DNA of 64,000 bases from Eledone cirrhosa (lineage: Eukaryota): the NCBI GenBank assembly GCA_964016885.1, contig OZ024748.1:48112001-48176000 (forward strand), read 5' to 3'. Of the stretch, positions 60,395-64,000 are shown in pieces (positions within the stretch are counted from its first letter, which is position 1; each line of letters begins with the position of its first letter). The translations under genes and the position numbers were made by a program. The notes under the pieces were generated by a model, which saw only the letters and a program-made list of their open reading frames with translations, made no database searches and was not told the origin of the DNA.

Positions 60395-63300
60395 GTGGAC
60401 AGTTGTGAAGGTGGACAGTAGAGAAGGTGGATAGTAGAGGTGGTGGACAGTTGTGAAGGTGGATAGTAGAGGTGGTGGACAGTAGAGGTGGTGGACAGTA
60501 GAAGTGGTGGACAGTTGAGGTGGTGGACAGTAGAGGTGGTGGACAGTTGAGGTGGTGGACAGTAGATAAGGTGGACAGTAGAGGTGGGGGACAGTAGAGG
60601 TGGGGGACAGTAGAGGTGGTGGACAGTATAGGTGGTGGACAGTAGAGGTGGTGGACAGTAGAGGTGGTGGACAGTAGATAAGGTGGACAGTAGAGGTGGT
60701 GGGCAGTAGATAAGGTGGACAGTAGAGGTGGTGGACAGTTGTGAAGGTGGACAGTTGAGGTGGTGGACAGTTGAGGTGGTGGACAGTAGAGAAGGTGGAC
60801 AGTAGAGGTGGTGGACAGTAGAGAAGGTGGACAGTAGAGGTGGTGGACAGTAGAGAAGGTGGACAGTATAGAAGGTGGACAGTTGAGGTGGTGGACAGTA
60901 GAGGTGGTGGATAGTAGAAGTGGTGGATAGTAGAGGTGGTGGACAGTAGAGGTGGTGGATAGTAGAGAAGGTGGACAGTAGAGGTGGTGGACAGTAGAGG
61001 TGGTGGATAGTAGAGAAGGTGGACAGTAGAGGTGGTGGACAGTAGAGAAGGTGTACAGTAGAGAAGGTGGACAGTAGAGAAGGTGGATAGTAGAGGTGGT
61101 GGACAGTAGAGAAGGTGGACAGTTGAGGTGGTGGACAGTTGAGGTGGTGGACAGTAGAGGTGGTGGACAGTAGAGGTGGTGGACAGTAGAGGTGGTGGAC
61201 AGTAGAGGTGGTGGACAGTAGAGGTGGACAGTAGAGGTGGACAGTAGAGGTGGTGGGCAGTAAAGGTGGTGGACAGTAGATAAGGTGGACAGTAGAGGTG
61301 GTGGACAGTAGAGGTGATGGACAGTAGGTGGTGGACAGTAGAGGTGGTGGACAGTAGATAAGGTGGACAGTAGAGGTGGTGGACAGTAGAGGTGGTGGAC
61401 AGTAGAGAAGGAGGACAGTAGAGGTGGTGGACAGTAGAGGTGATGGACAGTTGAGGTGGTGGACAGTAGAGGTGGTGGACAGTAGAGGTGGTGGACAGTA
61501 GAGGTGGTGGACAGTTGAGGTGGTGGACAGTTGAGGTGGTGGACAGTAGAGAAGGTGGACAGTAGAGAAGATGGACAGTTGAGGTGGTGGACAGTTGTGA
61601 AGGTGGACAGTAGAGGTGGTGGACAGTAGAGGTGGTGGACAGGTGAGGTGGTGGACAGTTGAGGTGGTGGACAGTTGAGGTGGTGGACAGTAGAGGTGGT
61701 GGACAGTAGAGGTGGTGGACAGTAGAGGTGGTGGACAGTAGAGGTGGTGGACAGTTGAGGTGGTGGACAGTTGAGGTGGTGGACAGTAGAGAAGGTGGAC
61801 AGTAGAGAAGATGGACAGTTGAGGTGGTGGACAGTTGTGAAGGTGGACAGTAGAGGTGGTGGACAGTAGAGGTGGTGGACAGTAGAGGTGGTGGACAGTT
61901 GAGGTGGTGGACAGTTGTGAAGGTGGACAGCAGAGGTGGTGGACAGTAGAGGTGGTGGACAGTAGAGGTGGTGGACAGTTGAGGTGGTGGACAGTTGAGG
62001 TGGTGGACAGTAGAGAAGGTGGACAGTAGAGGTGGTGGACAGTAGAGAAGGTGGACAGTAGAGAAGATGGACAGTTGAGGTGGTGGACAGTTGTGAAGGT
62101 GGACAGCAGAGGTGGTGGACAGTAGAGGTGGTGGACAGTAGAGGTGGTGGACAGTTGAGGTGGTGGACAGTTGAGGTGGTGGACAGTAGAGAAGGTGGAC
62201 AGTAGAGGTGGTGGACAGTAGAGAAGGTGGACAGTAGAGAAGATGGACAGTTGAGGTGGTGGACAGTTGTGAAGGTGGACAGTTGAGGTGGTGGACAGTA
62301 GAGGTGGTGGACAGTAGAGGTGGTGGACAGTAGAGGTGGTGGACAGTAGAGGTGGTGGACAGTAGAGAAGGTGGACAGTAGAGAAGGTGGACAGTAGAGG
62401 TGGTGGACAGTAGAGGTGGTGGACAGTAGAGAAGATGGACAGTTGAGGTGGTGGACAGTTGTGAAGGTGGACAGTTGAGGTGGTGGACAGTAGAGGTGGT
62501 GGACAGTAGAGGCGGTGGACAGTAGAGGTGGTGGACAGTAGACGTGGTGGACAGTAGAGGTGGTGGACAGTAGAGAAGGTGGACAGTAGAGAAGGTGGAC
62601 AGTAGAGAAGGTGGACAGTAGATGAGGTGGACAGTAGAGGCGGTGGACAGTAGAGAAGGTGGACAGTTGAGGTGGTGGACAGTAGAGGTGGTGGACAGTA
62701 GAGAAGGTGGACAGTAGATGAGGTGGACAGTAGAGGCGGTGGACAGTAGAGGTGGACAGTAGAGAAGGTGGACAGTAGAGAAGGTGGACAGTAGAGAAGG
62801 TGGACAGTAGAGGTGGTGGATAGTAGAGGTGGTGGACAGTAGAGGTGGTGGACAGTAGAGGTGGTGGACAGTAGAGGTGGTGGACAGTAGAGAAGGTGGA
62901 CAGTAGAGAAGGTGGACAGTTGAGGTGGTGGACAGTAGAGAAGGTGGACAGTAGAGGTGGTGGACAGTTGAGGTGGTGGACAGTAGAGGTGGTGGATAGT
63001 TGAGGTGGTGGACAGTATAGAAGGTGGACAGTAGAGGTGGTGGACAGTAGAGAAGGTGGACAGTAGAGGTGGTGGACAGTAGAGAAGGTGGACAGTAGAG
63101 GTGGTGGACAGTAGAGAAGGTGGACAGTAGAGGTGGTGGACAGTAGAGGTGGTGGACAGTAGAGAAGGTGGACAGTAGAGGTGGTGGACAGTAGAGGTGG
63201 TGGACAGTAGATAAGGTGGACAGTAGTGAAGGTGGACAGTAGAGGTGGTGGACAGTAGAGAAGGTGGACAGTAGAGGTGGTGGACAGTAGAGGTGGTGGA

Positions 63301-63802
63301 CAGTAGAGGTGGTGGACAGTAGAGGTGGTGGACAGTAGAGAAGGTGGACAGTAGAGAAGGTGGACAGTAGAGAAGGTGGACAGTAGAGGTGGTGGACAGT
63401 AGAGGTGGTGGACAGTAGAGAAGGTGGACAGTAGAGAAGGTGGACAGTAGAGAAGGTGGACAGTAGAGGTGGTGGACAGTAGAGAAGGTGGACAGTAGAT
63501 AAGGTGGACAGTAGAGGTGGTGGACAGTAGAGGTGGTGGACAGTAGAGAAGGTGGACAGTAGAGGTGGTGGACAGTAGAGAAGGTGGACAGTAGAGGTGG
63601 TGGACAGTTGAGGTGGTGGACAGTAGATAAGGTGGACAGTAGAGGTGGTGGACAGTAGATAAGGTGGACAGTAGAGAAGGTGGACAGTAGAGGTGGTGGA
63701 CAGTAGAGAAGGTGGACAGTAGAGGTGGTGGACAGTAGAGGTGGTGGACAGTAGATAAGGTGGACAGTAGAGGTGGTGGACAGTAGAGGTGGTGGACAGT
63801 AG
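60395..63802. repeat. 16-bp G-rich minisatellite (GGTGGACAGTAGAGGT / ...GAGAA)n, about 210 units
   Basis: 3.4-kb array inside the inferred AARSD1 intron. Confidence 0.98.
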
Positions 63803-64000
63803 ATTTGGTGCAAGTTTCATGTAGTTTTATAATTAGTCTAGATATAGGTTTGGTACCAATATAGATTTAGAGGACATTTTGTAATCTACTTTGAAGACTA
63901 AATAAAAATACAGGTTTGAAGTGTAAAAAAGAAAGATTTTAAAATAAGTGTTGACTTAGCTCAGAATTTGAAGATTTAAATATATATTATTTTGAATTAC

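Noticed and set aside
60344-63820. 1158-aa and 1140-aa ORFs
   Set aside because: Stop-free translations of a 16-bp satellite, open in several frames, with no protein-like complexity.

Overview
Repeat-rich, AT-rich eukaryotic DNA. The SINE, LINE and Penelope repertoire suggests an octopod cephalopod (inference). Host gene content is small. The last three coding exons of an alanyl-tRNA editing protein gene (AARSD1-like) lie on the minus strand at 59946-60000, 57426-57523 and 38270-38393, with a 19-kb last intron. There is one clean PAN/apple-domain exon (3968-4204, minus) and possible decayed related exons. The rest is mobile elements and tandem repeats: a long-ORF RTE LINE with an embedded PHD finger inserted in a 28-bp satellite, a GC-rich CRE-like retrotransposon, R4/Dong-like and Tx1-like fragments in (AAT)n, Penelope elements, a Gypsy remnant, a Tigger/pogo fossil, hAT and piggyBac MITEs, two tRNA-SINE families and several kb-scale minisatellites. 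The most notable signal is a set of minimal type-I hammerhead ribozyme motifs. The best is a non-coding, highly structured 310-bp retrozyme-like unit at 42160-43190, present as 2.6 tandem copies plus an inverted copy and lying sense to the AARSD1 pre-mRNA. All calls were made by eye; element boundaries are approximate.
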